This document shows, one piece after another, positions 31,367 to 40,388 of a stretch of 62,817 nt of DNA. The stretch is from Phytoplasma sp. (GTDB taxonomy: Bacteria > Bacillota_I > Bacilli_A > Acholeplasmatales > Acholeplasmataceae), in NCBI GenBank assembly GCA_012519065.1, contig JAAYQV010000131.1, forward strand, positions 1-62,817, given 5' to 3'. A model generated the notes under the pieces. The model was not told the origin of the DNA. It did not search any database and worked only from the letters and a program-made list of their open reading frames with translations. The position numbers were made by a program, and so were the translations under genes. How positions within the stretch are numbered: position 1 is the first letter of the stretch; each line of letters begins with the position of its first letter.

Positions 31367-32592
31367 TATTTTTCACCCAACTCTCTAATATGTTTTTCAA
31401 GTTTAGTTGTCTTAATGTAGTTAATTACTCCTCCTGCAATTTGTAATGCAATAGCAGCAACCATTAATATGACTACGATAATATATCTTGACGTTGGTAA
31501 CCCACCTGGAGCAACCGTATCAATATTATTTATGTAGTTTAGATACTGATTATGGAAAATAGTTGGAACAAAGAAAATTCTAGCAACGTTAATTACTGCA
31601 AGAACAAACATCCCTATTGACCATTTTTTCTGATAGTTTTTCATTTTTTCAGCACCTAAGAAGGTAGCTAGTAACATAATAATTAATAACGCGATATCAA
31701 TAGCAACTTGGTAGTTTGGGTTAACTCGTAATTCATTTGCATCATTTGTAAATGAACTATATGTGATACTCATAAAACCTGCAATCGCTAATAACACTAC
31801 AGAAAGCAATGCCAACCAATAAGATGATTTATTAGCTTGATATCTCATCTTATCTACTTTAATATCTTCAATATCCGTTAATTGTGCAACATCAATCTTA
31901 ATTTCTTCTGAATCAAAATCAATTGCTGATTTTTTATCTTGAATCACTTCAATTTGTCCTAACTCTATTTTTCTCATTACATCAGAATAAGTTTCTTTTT
32001 TTACATTTAAATATAAGTATTTTTGAACCATTACTCCAATTGCAGCTAAGTTTGCTAGAATTGTTAAAGCACTAGCGGCATACCCTAATTTAAAAGTTAA
32101 TCTAACACCTTCAGCAGAACTTCCGTTTATTCTAAATAGACGTTCCCATAATGATGCATTAGCAGGATCGTTCAGCAACGCTAACATTGAAGTTTCTACT
32201 TCACGTATTGTGATTATATATACAATAGAAACAGTAGCAAACAATAGAAGCACAATACCTAAAGTTATAAAGTTTGTTAAGTAATACTTCGTTCTATTAG
32301 CAGATCCAAAAAGCATGGAAAAAGCCACCGAAAGAACTAATCCTAAACTTAAATTAAACATCAATATATTTTTGCTATTAACAGTATCTTTAACATAATT
32401 TGAAACCGCATTGTTTCCCATTTCTTGAGAAATTGACCATGAAGTTCCAAATCCAATAGCATAAAGAAAAGCTACAATGCTAGCTACTAAAAACAAACCA
32501 AATGAGGCTTTTTGCCATTTAGTTTTTATAGTAAATTTTGTCCTACTCCAAAAATTTGAGAAAAAGTTATTTTGTTGGGTCCTAGTTTTCAT
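31366..32592 (-). CDS. Uncharacterised membrane protein, about 8 TM arranged as two 4-TM modules
   Basis: Two hydrophobic blocks separated by a charged linker of about 60 aa; TAATG coupling to the ATPase gene. Confidence 0.8.
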   Translation of the reverse strand: MKTRTQQNNFFSNFWSRTKFTIKTKWQKASFGLFLVASIVAFLYAIGFGTSWSISQEMGNNAVSNYVKDTVNSKNILMFNLSLGLVLSVAFSMLFGSANRTKYYLTNFITLGIVLLLFATVSIVYIITIREVETSMLALLNDPANASLWERLFRINGSSAEGVRLTFKLGYAASALTILANLAAIGVMVQKYLYLNVKKETYSDVMRKIELGQIEVIQDKKSAIDFDSEEIKIDVAQLTDIEDIKVDKMRYQANKSSYWLALLSVVLLAIAGFMSITYSSFTNDANELRVNPNYQVAIDIALLIIMLLATFLGAEKMKNYQKKWSIGMFVLAVINVARIFFVPTIFHNQYLNYINNIDTVAPGGLPTSRYIIVVILMVAAIALQIAGGVINYIKTTKLEKHIRELGEK

Positions 32593-32621
32593 AATTTAAT
32601 ACACCTCGTTGTTTATTAAAA

Positions 32622-32666
32622 TAAATATGAGTGAGGATAGCTAGGCTATCCTCACATACATATTTA
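32622..32666 (-). terminator. Long hairpin after the solute-binding protein gene (stabiliser or partial terminator)
   Basis: GTGAGGATAGC-tag-GCTATCCTCAC extended by TAAATATG/CATATTTA. Confidence 0.7.
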
Positions 32667-32680
32667 CTTATTGTTTTTAA

Positions 32681-34765
32681 TTAGCTATTTTTTTGTGCTG
32701 TTTCGTATGCACTTCTATATGCTGCAATAAACGCATCATATTCACCAGTAGTTTTAACTAAAGCTTCATATGCTGCTCTTGTTAATGTGTCATTTGTTCC
32801 AGCGAATCCATTTAATACTAAAATAATAAGTTTATTGTTATTTGTATGAGATCTGAATGTAGTTGTTCCAATTTCAGTAGTATCTACTTGAGTTAATGGT
32901 AAGTTAGTTGGAACTGCTCTAAAGAATGGATCTTCATTACCTTGTAATCCCACTAATTTGAATGTACCTGCTTGAACTGCTTTATTAATTCTTCCGATAC
33001 CAGCAAGACCATCTTCTGATAATGTTTGATATTCTAATCCTAAACTACGTACGTGTCCAATTGGCATTGTAGCTCCTAAGAAACCACGTAAGTATTTAAC
33101 CATGTTTCCACCACCAAGAGTGTTTAATTCCTTCATAGCTTCTGGTTTATATTTAGAAACGATTTCACCTGGTTTGTATTCAAATGTTTCATCGCTTAAC
33201 CACTCAGATGGTCCATATAAGTGAATTGAACCAATTGCATCTTTATTTGATAAATCATATAGTCCATCAACAATTTTTAATACGTTTTCAAGTTTTTTAG
33301 CATCTTTAGCAACTGATATTGGAATTCCCCAACCTTCAGGTTTTAATGCACGAACTGATTCAGAGAAGTGGAAATATCCTGTTTTTTCTGACTTGTCTGC
33401 CCATTTAACAACTGGAGGTAAGATAGCTTGGAATTTAAAGTCTTTATCTTTTGATCTACCACCTTTTTCAGCACCAGTTAATGCATCTGGAGTTGATGAT
33501 CCGTTATAATCATAAGTTAAGAAGCCCCACTCACCATTTGCACCAGTTAAGTATTCTTGACGGAAGTTTATTTTATCTGGACCAGCAACGTTATTTGGGA
33601 TTAATCCATCTTTATGCATATTTGCTAAGTTATCAAATGCATCCATTATATAAGCACCATCGTTATATCCACGTGCATCATGTAATTCTCCATCTTTATC
33701 AAAGAATAACCATTCATTTCTAGCTCCAACACCGCGTAGACCAAACATTTCTAAACCACGTGCATATTGACGTTGACGGTTATCAGCTTTTTCACGTTGG
33801 AAATAAACTTGAATGTTTTTAGCATCTTTTTCTGGAGTAACAGTAGATAATAAGAAGTCTTCGTTAGCTTTAACTAAATGCATTAAAGCAACCATTTCAT
33901 CTGTATCATATGATGCGTCAACACCAGCAAATACATCTGACCATTTAGCATATCCTGATTCTGCTAATGTTCCATAAGTGTTTTCTAGGTAAACTTTAAA
34001 AGCGTCTAACATAGCTTGACCAGTAGTTGCACCTAATTCTCTTAATACTACAACTGGGTTTTTAGCTCTGTTTTTTTCTACTTTTCTTGTACCAGTATCA
34101 CTATTTGCAACAGTTACTGAGTATGTTTCTTCTCCTGCTGGGCTTTGTAATACATAGTTAGTACCAACTGTATATGCTTTAGTTGAACCTTCACCTTTGT
34201 CTGAATCTAATAATTTTTCAATCCAGTCAATTCTTGCTAAGAACATATGTTCTAATTCGTCTTTACCATCAAAATACGGTGTATAGTAAATTTTACCATC
34301 ACCAGCAGTCATAGATAGTTTTGACGCAGGGTCATTTTCTAAGAAAGTTTTTAAGTTTGGCATTTGATCTAGGTAGTCGCTTATTGCAACAAATTGTCCT
34401 GCAACACCAGCCTCAGTAATTTTAGCTCCTGTACCGTTAACTAAGTCAACGTTTTTAAAACCTACAGCTGTTAATCTTTCCCATTGCGCGTCAGTTGATG
34501 TATCTCCTGAGTCAACAACGTCTTTGAACTTAACGCCTAATTTTTCACCAATTGCTTCCCAAACAGGTAAGATATCACCTTTAGTGTATGTCTTATTGTT
34601 TAGTGAAGAAGTATACGGTGTGCTTCCACGGTAACTAATTGAATATTCTTCTGATCCTGACTTGAACCATACTGAAGTTCTAATCGCATCAGAGTCTGAT
34701 CCACCACATGCAGTTAATGTTAAAACTCCTGCAAGAGCAACCAGTAATGAAAATATTTTTTTCAT
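32681..34765 (-). CDS. Large (694 aa) solute-binding lipoprotein of the sugar ABC importer, probably for oligogalacturonides
   Basis: MKKIFS...LTAC lipobox after an AGGAG RBS; CUT1-type motifs ISDYLDQMPNL, DGKIYYTP, RIDWIEKL; genomic context. Confidence 0.88.
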   Translation of the reverse strand: MKKIFSLLVALAGVLTLTACGGSDSDAIRTSVWFKSGSEEYSISYRGSTPYTSSLNNKTYTKGDILPVWEAIGEKLGVKFKDVVDSGDTSTDAQWERLTAVGFKNVDLVNGTGAKITEAGVAGQFVAISDYLDQMPNLKTFLENDPASKLSMTAGDGKIYYTPYFDGKDELEHMFLARIDWIEKLLDSDKGEGSTKAYTVGTNYVLQSPAGEETYSVTVANSDTGTRKVEKNRAKNPVVVLRELGATTGQAMLDAFKVYLENTYGTLAESGYAKWSDVFAGVDASYDTDEMVALMHLVKANEDFLLSTVTPEKDAKNIQVYFQREKADNRQRQYARGLEMFGLRGVGARNEWLFFDKDGELHDARGYNDGAYIMDAFDNLANMHKDGLIPNNVAGPDKINFRQEYLTGANGEWGFLTYDYNGSSTPDALTGAEKGGRSKDKDFKFQAILPPVVKWADKSEKTGYFHFSESVRALKPEGWGIPISVAKDAKKLENVLKIVDGLYDLSNKDAIGSIHLYGPSEWLSDETFEYKPGEIVSKYKPEAMKELNTLGGGNMVKYLRGFLGATMPIGHVRSLGLEYQTLSEDGLAGIGRINKAVQAGTFKLVGLQGNEDPFFRAVPTNLPLTQVDTTEIGTTTFRSHTNNNKLIILVLNGFAGTNDTLTRAAYEALVKTTGEYDAFIAAYRSAYETAQKNS

Positions 34766-34785
34766 GTGTTTTTCTCTCCTTTTTT

Positions 34786-35655
34786 TTATTCTTTTACTCC
34801 ACCTTCGTTGACACCTTGTGACATATACTTTTGAAGTATTGGGTATACAACGATGATTGGAATTATAGATAATACGATAGCTGCATAAGATAGTGAATAT
34901 AAAGAGAACGTCCAATTGTTGATATTATCTGTATTGGATGCATCTCCTACTATGTTACGCAGGATAACTTGTAGTGGATGTTGGTTACTATCTGAAACTA
35001 ATCTCATGTTCCAGAAATATCCATTCCATCTACTTAATGCATAGAATAATGTAACTGTTGCTAATGATGATTTTGACATTGGTAAATAAATGCTTGTTAA
35101 GATTTTCATTTCTCCTGCACCATCAACAATAGCTGCTTCTTCTATTTCTTTTGAAATACCTTGGAAATAGTTTCTTAATAATATAATGTTAAACGCTTGA
35201 ACACCAAAACCATAAATAATACCCCAACGGTTATTAACACCCATTGCAAGGTAGTTTAGATATGTCGGCATAATCCCCGCACTAAACCACATAGTAAAGA
35301 CAATAAAGAAGTTTATTTGTCTTTTGAATAATAGGTTTGATTTTGATAGCGCGTAAGCTGCAAAAATTGTACATACCATACTGAATATTGTTCCGTAGAA
35401 TGTATAGAACAATGTATTTGTGTATGATACCCAGAATTTAGTAGCATAATCCGGATTTGTAAAGAAAGCTTTAAAAGCATCTAAATTTGGATTTACTGGC
35501 CACAATACCACTTGGCCTGATTCAACTGCGATTTTACCACTTAATGCAGCCGATAAACTATATACTAATGGGTATAAAGTAGTAATAGCAAACAATGTCA
35601 CTAATACATATGCAATTATTTTAAATATTAATTCACTTTTATCTAGTCTTTTCAT
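34786..35655 (-). CDS. Carbohydrate ABC permease (LplC/YtcP-like)
   Basis: EAA motif EIEEAAIVDGA; C-terminal YPILQKY..GV..GGVKE. Confidence 0.94.
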   Translation of the reverse strand: MKRLDKSELIFKIIAYVLVTLFAITTLYPLVYSLSAALSGKIAVESGQVVLWPVNPNLDAFKAFFTNPDYATKFWVSYTNTLFYTFYGTIFSMVCTIFAAYALSKSNLLFKRQINFFIVFTMWFSAGIMPTYLNYLAMGVNNRWGIIYGFGVQAFNIILLRNYFQGISKEIEEAAIVDGAGEMKILTSIYLPMSKSSLATVTLFYALSRWNGYFWNMRLVSDSNQHPLQVILRNIVGDASNTDNINNWTFSLYSLSYAAIVLSIIPIIVVYPILQKYMSQGVNEGGVKE

Positions 35656-35676
35656 TTTATCTCTATCTCCCTAGTC

Positions 35677-36765
35677 TTAGAATAATGATGAATCAGATAT
35701 ACGTCTACTAATGAAGTTAGCACCTAAAACCAATGACATAGAAATCAATGAGTTAAATAAGTCAGCAGACGTTGCAATTCCGTAACTAGTAGTTGATGTC
35801 CCAGTAGTTGGGCTACTATTTAATAATCCACCCATACTTAATACATAGGTTGAAATCACTTCTGCTGTTTGTAAGACATATGTTCCTCTACTTTCTGTCA
35901 TTAACATGATTTTTTCATAACCCATGCTTAAGACAGAACCAATACGTAAAATCAAGGTAATTGTTAATGTTGGTGCCATTCCTGGTAATGTTACATATCT
36001 AATTTGTGCCAATTTATTTGCACCATCTATTTTAGCTGCTTCATAACTGGTAGGACTAATAGCCATGATCGCTGCAAAGTATACAATTGATCCGTATCCA
36101 GCACCTTCCCAAATATTTGAAATAATATATATACTTCTAAAATACTTCGGTAAACTTAGGATTTGAACTTGATCGCCAATTACTCCGAAAGCTTGCAGCA
36201 TTTTATTTAATACTCCAGGCCCTACTGAGGTTCCATTCCCCCCCATTAACATCAATCCTAATAAAGAAGTAACAACAACTGTTGAAACAAATTTAGGTAT
36301 ATATGTTAAAACTTGAGTTACTGCACGATATTTAGTGTTTTTAATTTCACTAAACATTAATGCTAAGATGATTGGAATTGGGAATCCAAAGATTAATCCA
36401 TACATACTTAATGTAAAGGTATTTCTAAAGGCTCTCCAAAAGAAAGCTGCCTCTCTACCAAACATAATTGTTTTTAAAGCATAAAACCCATAAAACTGAG
36501 AGTCATAAGTTGAGACTTGTGGGGAATATTGTTTAAAAGCAATTAGAACTTCTGTAATTGGGCGGTATCTCATAAATAAGAAGAATAGCAATACTGGAAT
36601 TAACATGACGTATACTGGCCACGTTTGTCTAAACGTTACCCAATATCTTTTCATCTTAGTTTTTTGCATTTCCTCTTCTATTTCAATTCTTCTAAGTTCT
36701 TCTAGTTCACGTTGAGTAATCCTAGAGATTTCTATTGTGTTAGTTTCTGTACTCATTTTTTTCAT
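35677..36765 (-). CDS. Carbohydrate ABC permease (LplB/YteP-like)
   Basis: FPIPIILAL, PKFVSTVVV, YEAAKIDGA. Confidence 0.94.
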   Translation of the reverse strand: MKKMSTETNTIEISRITQRELEELRRIEIEEEMQKTKMKRYWVTFRQTWPVYVMLIPVLLFFLFMRYRPITEVLIAFKQYSPQVSTYDSQFYGFYALKTIMFGREAAFFWRAFRNTFTLSMYGLIFGFPIPIILALMFSEIKNTKYRAVTQVLTYIPKFVSTVVVTSLLGLMLMGGNGTSVGPGVLNKMLQAFGVIGDQVQILSLPKYFRSIYIISNIWEGAGYGSIVYFAAIMAISPTSYEAAKIDGANKLAQIRYVTLPGMAPTLTITLILRIGSVLSMGYEKIMLMTESRGTYVLQTAEVISTYVLSMGGLLNSSPTTGTSTTSYGIATSADLFNSLISMSLVLGANFISRRISDSSLF

Positions 36766-37321
36766 CTCTTTCCTTTTGTTGTTCTTTTAGGTAGGTTGGC
36801 ATATCTACCAATAGGTTTTTTTGGAAAACTGCGATAACCATAATTATTAGACATATTGGTAGATTCATTACATGTCTTCCCCAATATGTTACAAAAGTTC
36901 CCTCAAATCCTAATAAATTGGATGCTCCTGCTTCAAGCAGTATCATGAGTCCATAAGGAATAATTAAATAAAGCGTTATCATTTTAAATCCGGAGGAAAT
37001 TATATCATGTTTCTTTTTACCTGTCCATATCAAAACTGACGATAGTGATAGATAACCTAATATAAACCCTACTAATTGTGGTGTGCTTGCAAGTATTTCA
37101 TGTCGATAAATAGTAATTTGGGCGATCATCAATAAAACGTTAGACGCAATTCCTAATTTACCCCATCTAATATAAATGATGATGACAAAAATAATTGATG
37201 GCGCAATGTATAGCGTATCTTGTACGAATTTAGACTTCACCCAATATGAAACCACGTCGGCCAAAAGAGCTGTTGCTGTTAAAATCGCTATATCAATTAA
37301 CTTGTATTTCCTCATTGTCAT
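36740..37321 (-). CDS. Uncharacterised membrane protein (about 6 TM), first gene of the ABC operon
   Basis: Hydrophobic 193 aa ORF with a GGTG RBS; overlaps the permease gene. Confidence 0.75.
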   Translation of the reverse strand: MTMRKYKLIDIAILTATALLADVVSYWVKSKFVQDTLYIAPSIIFVIIIYIRWGKLGIASNVLLMIAQITIYRHEILASTPQLVGFILGYLSLSSVLIWTGKKKHDIISSGFKMITLYLIIPYGLMILLEAGASNLLGFEGTFVTYWGRHVMNLPICLIIMVIAVFQKNLLVDMPTYLKEQQKERDEKNEYRN

Positions 37322-37340
37322 CTTGTTTTCACCACGTTTT

Positions 37341-37425
37341 AGTAAGCGTTTTCCCTCTTAATTTTTAAAAAGCGTTGAAACGCTTCCATCATTGATATTA
37401 TATACATTTTTAATAGTAATGTCAA
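37341..37425 (-). promoter_or_regulatory. Sigma-A promoter of the ABC/GH28 operon with two cre/LacI-type operators
   Basis: TTGACA-17-TATAAT (37425-37397); minus-strand operators TGGAAGCGTTTCAA (37375-37388) and GGAAAACGCTTACT (37341-37354). Confidence 0.8.
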
Positions 37426-37432
37426 TAGTTTA

Positions 37433-37461
37433 TAAGTAAGATATCAAAGATATCTTACTTA
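37433..37461 (-). terminator. 13 bp perfect hairpin after uxaC
   Basis: TAAGTAAGATATC-aaa-GATATCTTACTTA. Confidence 0.65.
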
Positions 37462-37488
37462 ATAACCATTGTTTTCTTAAAATATATA

Positions 37489-38883
37489 TTAAAAATTAAA
37501 ATATTCTTTTGCGTTAAAATATGATATATCTTTTACAAATTTTGAAAGTAGTTTATAATCTTCAGGGAAATAACCTAAAGTTACTTGCTCTCCAATAATA
37601 TTACATAATAATCTTCTAAAATATTCGTGTCTTGGATATGATAAGAAACTTCTTGAATCTGTTAACATACCTACGAATCTAGCAAGTAAACCATTGTTTC
37701 CTAAAGCTTTCATTTGCTTTGTCATACCATCAATAGTATCTAGGAACCACCAAGCAGATCCAAACTGGATTTTACCTGGAATTCCGCCGCCTTGGAATGC
37801 TTGCATTAACGTAATTGCTACATCAAAATCTCTAGAGTTTAATGTATAAAGGATAGTTTTTGGTAACTGATTTGTTTCATCTAATGATCCTAATAACGCG
37901 CTTAAAGGTTCTGCTACTAAGCCATCGTTAATTGAATCAAATCCAGTATCTGGTCCGATTGCATCTAACATACGTTTAGAGTTGTTTCTTAAGGCCCCAA
38001 TATGATATTGTTGCACCCAACCTAAACGATGATATTCTTGCCCTAGGAAAGTTAATATATATCCTTTATATTTTTTAATCTCTGTAAGGGTTAATGCTTC
38101 TCCTACTAATCCTTTTTTTAAAATCATATCCGCTTCTTGTTCTGTTGTTTTTTCAAACATTACAACGTCTAAAGCGTGATCTGATAATCTACAACCATTT
38201 TCATGGAAGAACTCTATTCTATTTTTCAAAGCTTCTTTCATTGTTTGAATGTCTACAACTTTAACACCAGCAACTTTCCCTAGTTGTTCTACCCATGAAA
38301 CAAACCAAGATAATTCAATATTAAATGCTTTATCTGGTCTAAACGCAGGTAGGACTTTAAAAGTGATCGTTTGATCTTCTTTGATTTTTTTGTGCCATGA
38401 AAGATCATCTACTGGGTCATCTGTAGTTACAATTGTTTCCACATTGCTTGACTCAATTAATTTTCTAGCAGTAAGTGTTTCTAACTGTTTATTAACTGCA
38501 TCATAGATTTCTTTTGCTGTTTCTGGACTTAATAGAGTATCAATTCCAAAGAATCTTTTTAACTCTAAATGTGTCCAGTGATATAAAGGACTTCCGATTA
38601 AAGTTGGAACAACCTCAGCCCATTTCATGAATTTTTCAAAATCAGGTTGATTTCCAGTAATATAATCTTCTGTAATTCCGTTTGCTCTCATCAATCTCCA
38701 CTTATAGTGGTCTCCTGATAACCATGCATCAAAAAGGTTTCTAAATTTTTTGTTTTCAAAAATTTCTTGTGGACTTAAGTGGCAATGGTAATCAATGATA
38801 GGTAAATCTTTTGCATGCTCGTGATAAAGTTTTTTTGCTACCTCATTGTGTAGTAAAAAGTCATCATTAATAAATGTTTTCAT
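37489..38883 (-). CDS. uxaC: Uronate isomerase
   Basis: IIDYHCHL, GDHYKWRLMR, GSAWWF, GMLTDSRSFLSYPRHEYFRR. Confidence 0.98.
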   Translation of the reverse strand: MKTFINDDFLLHNEVAKKLYHEHAKDLPIIDYHCHLSPQEIFENKKFRNLFDAWLSGDHYKWRLMRANGITEDYITGNQPDFEKFMKWAEVVPTLIGSPLYHWTHLELKRFFGIDTLLSPETAKEIYDAVNKQLETLTARKLIESSNVETIVTTDDPVDDLSWHKKIKEDQTITFKVLPAFRPDKAFNIELSWFVSWVEQLGKVAGVKVVDIQTMKEALKNRIEFFHENGCRLSDHALDVVMFEKTTEQEADMILKKGLVGEALTLTEIKKYKGYILTFLGQEYHRLGWVQQYHIGALRNNSKRMLDAIGPDTGFDSINDGLVAEPLSALLGSLDETNQLPKTILYTLNSRDFDVAITLMQAFQGGGIPGKIQFGSAWWFLDTIDGMTKQMKALGNNGLLARFVGMLTDSRSFLSYPRHEYFRRLLCNIIGEQVTLGYFPEDYKLLSKFVKDISYFNAKEYFNF

Positions 38884-38901
38884 AACTTAACCTCTCTTTT
38901 T

Positions 38902-40377
38902 TTATAAAATAACTCCGTCTTTAAAGATAGCAATTTCTCTAAAGTCGTTGATTTCATTGTTTGTTTTCTTACCATTAACTATTTCAACGATAAAATCCAC
39001 AAAGTCCTCTAATAAATCATCCATGGATACGCCATCCACTAAACTTCCGGCATTAAAGTCAATCCATTTTGGTTTCTTCTTATAAATATCGGTATTAGTT
39101 GATACTTTGATGGTTGGAATAAACCCACCAAATGGTGTTCCACGTCCAGTTGAGAATAATACTAAATGAGATCCAGCCATTCCCAGTGTTGTAACAGATA
39201 CTAAGTCATTCCCTGGAGCGCTAATTAAGTTTAATCCTTTAGATTTCAGTCTTTCAGTGTGTTTTAAAACGTCCATAACTACTGAGCGTCCGCCTTTTTG
39301 TGTACACCCTAAAGATTTATCCTCTAAAGTTGTAATACCACCGTTTTTGTTTCCTGGTGATGGGTTTTCATAAATTACTTGATTATGCGCTTCATAGTAT
39401 CCTTTGAAGTCATTAATTAATGAAACGATTTTATGGAATGTTTCTTCATCTTTTGCGCGTTTCATTAAGATTTTTTCTGCTCCAAACATTTCTGGAACTT
39501 CAGTTAAAACGCTTGTTCCACCATGATGAGTAATATAATCTGACATTCTACCTAGTAGTGGGTTAGCGGTAATTCCTGAAAATCCATCTGAACCTCCACA
39601 TTTTAATCCGATTCTTAATTCTGAAATATCAGCTTCGCTTCTATGTTCTTGAATTAATCCATCATATAATTCATCTAATAACTCAATAGCAGCTTCAATT
39701 TCATCTTCAACTTCTTGCATGGCTAAAAACTTAATACGACTTCCATCGTAGTCATAAGTTTCTTTAAACTCTTTGATTTGGTTATTCTCACAACCTAGTC
39801 CTAAAACTAAAACACCACCTGCATTTGGATGCAATGAAATGTTTTGTAACGTTTCCTTTGTATTCACATGATCATCACCCATTTGTGAACAACCGTATGG
39901 ATGTCCAAAAACATGAATCCCGTCGTAGTTTTCTAATTCAGGATGTGTTTTGGCAAAGGCATTAGCAATTTGTCTTGCTTGTCCTACAATACAGCCTACT
40001 GTTGGGATGATCCATAGTTCATTTCTAATACCAATGTCTCCGTTTTTTCTTCGGTAAACATTGATTTTTCTAGAAGCTGGTTTTACATCATATTGTTCAA
40101 ATTCAGGTTCGTATGCATAATCTAGTTTACCACTCAAATTAGTAGATACGTTATGAACGTGAACATGCGCTCCTTTTAAGATATCTTCTGTTGCATGACC
40201 AATTGGTGCACCATATTTAATGATATCTTCGCCTTTTGAGATATTTCTTAAAGCTATTTTATGGCCTTTAACAATATCTTCTAATATTTCGACGCCATTG
40301 ACTACTTTACCTTTAGAAATATCTTCTAAAGCAACCATGACGTTATCGTTATTATTAATGATTAAGAATTTACTCAT
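38902..40377 (-). CDS. uxaA: Altronate dehydratase
   Basis: N-terminal SAF domain (GHKIAL, HVHN); HPYGCSQ, LGLGCE, KCGGSDG, NPSPGNK. Confidence 0.96.
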   Translation of the reverse strand: MSKFLIINNNDNVMVALEDISKGKVVNGVEILEDIVKGHKIALRNISKGEDIIKYGAPIGHATEDILKGAHVHVHNVSTNLSGKLDYAYEPEFEQYDVKPASRKINVYRRKNGDIGIRNELWIIPTVGCIVGQARQIANAFAKTHPELENYDGIHVFGHPYGCSQMGDDHVNTKETLQNISLHPNAGGVLVLGLGCENNQIKEFKETYDYDGSRIKFLAMQEVEDEIEAAIELLDELYDGLIQEHRSEADISELRIGLKCGGSDGFSGITANPLLGRMSDYITHHGGTSVLTEVPEMFGAEKILMKRAKDEETFHKIVSLINDFKGYYEAHNQVIYENPSPGNKNGGITTLEDKSLGCTQKGGRSVVMDVLKHTERLKSKGLNLISAPGNDLVSVTTLGMAGSHLVLFSTGRGTPFGGFIPTIKVSTNTDIYKKKPKWIDFNAGSLVDGVSMDDLLEDFVDFIVEIVNGKKTNNEINDFREIAIFKDGVIL

Positions 40378-40388
40378 TCTTTTTCTCC

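Noticed and set aside
34766-34915. N-terminal extension of the solute-binding protein in the ORF track (similarly for dnaK, hrcA, gcvH, trmB and the 30390 start)
   Set aside because: The extensions overlap upstream genes or regulatory sites; downstream starts have clear RBSs, and for the SBP the downstream start gives a proper signal peptide.
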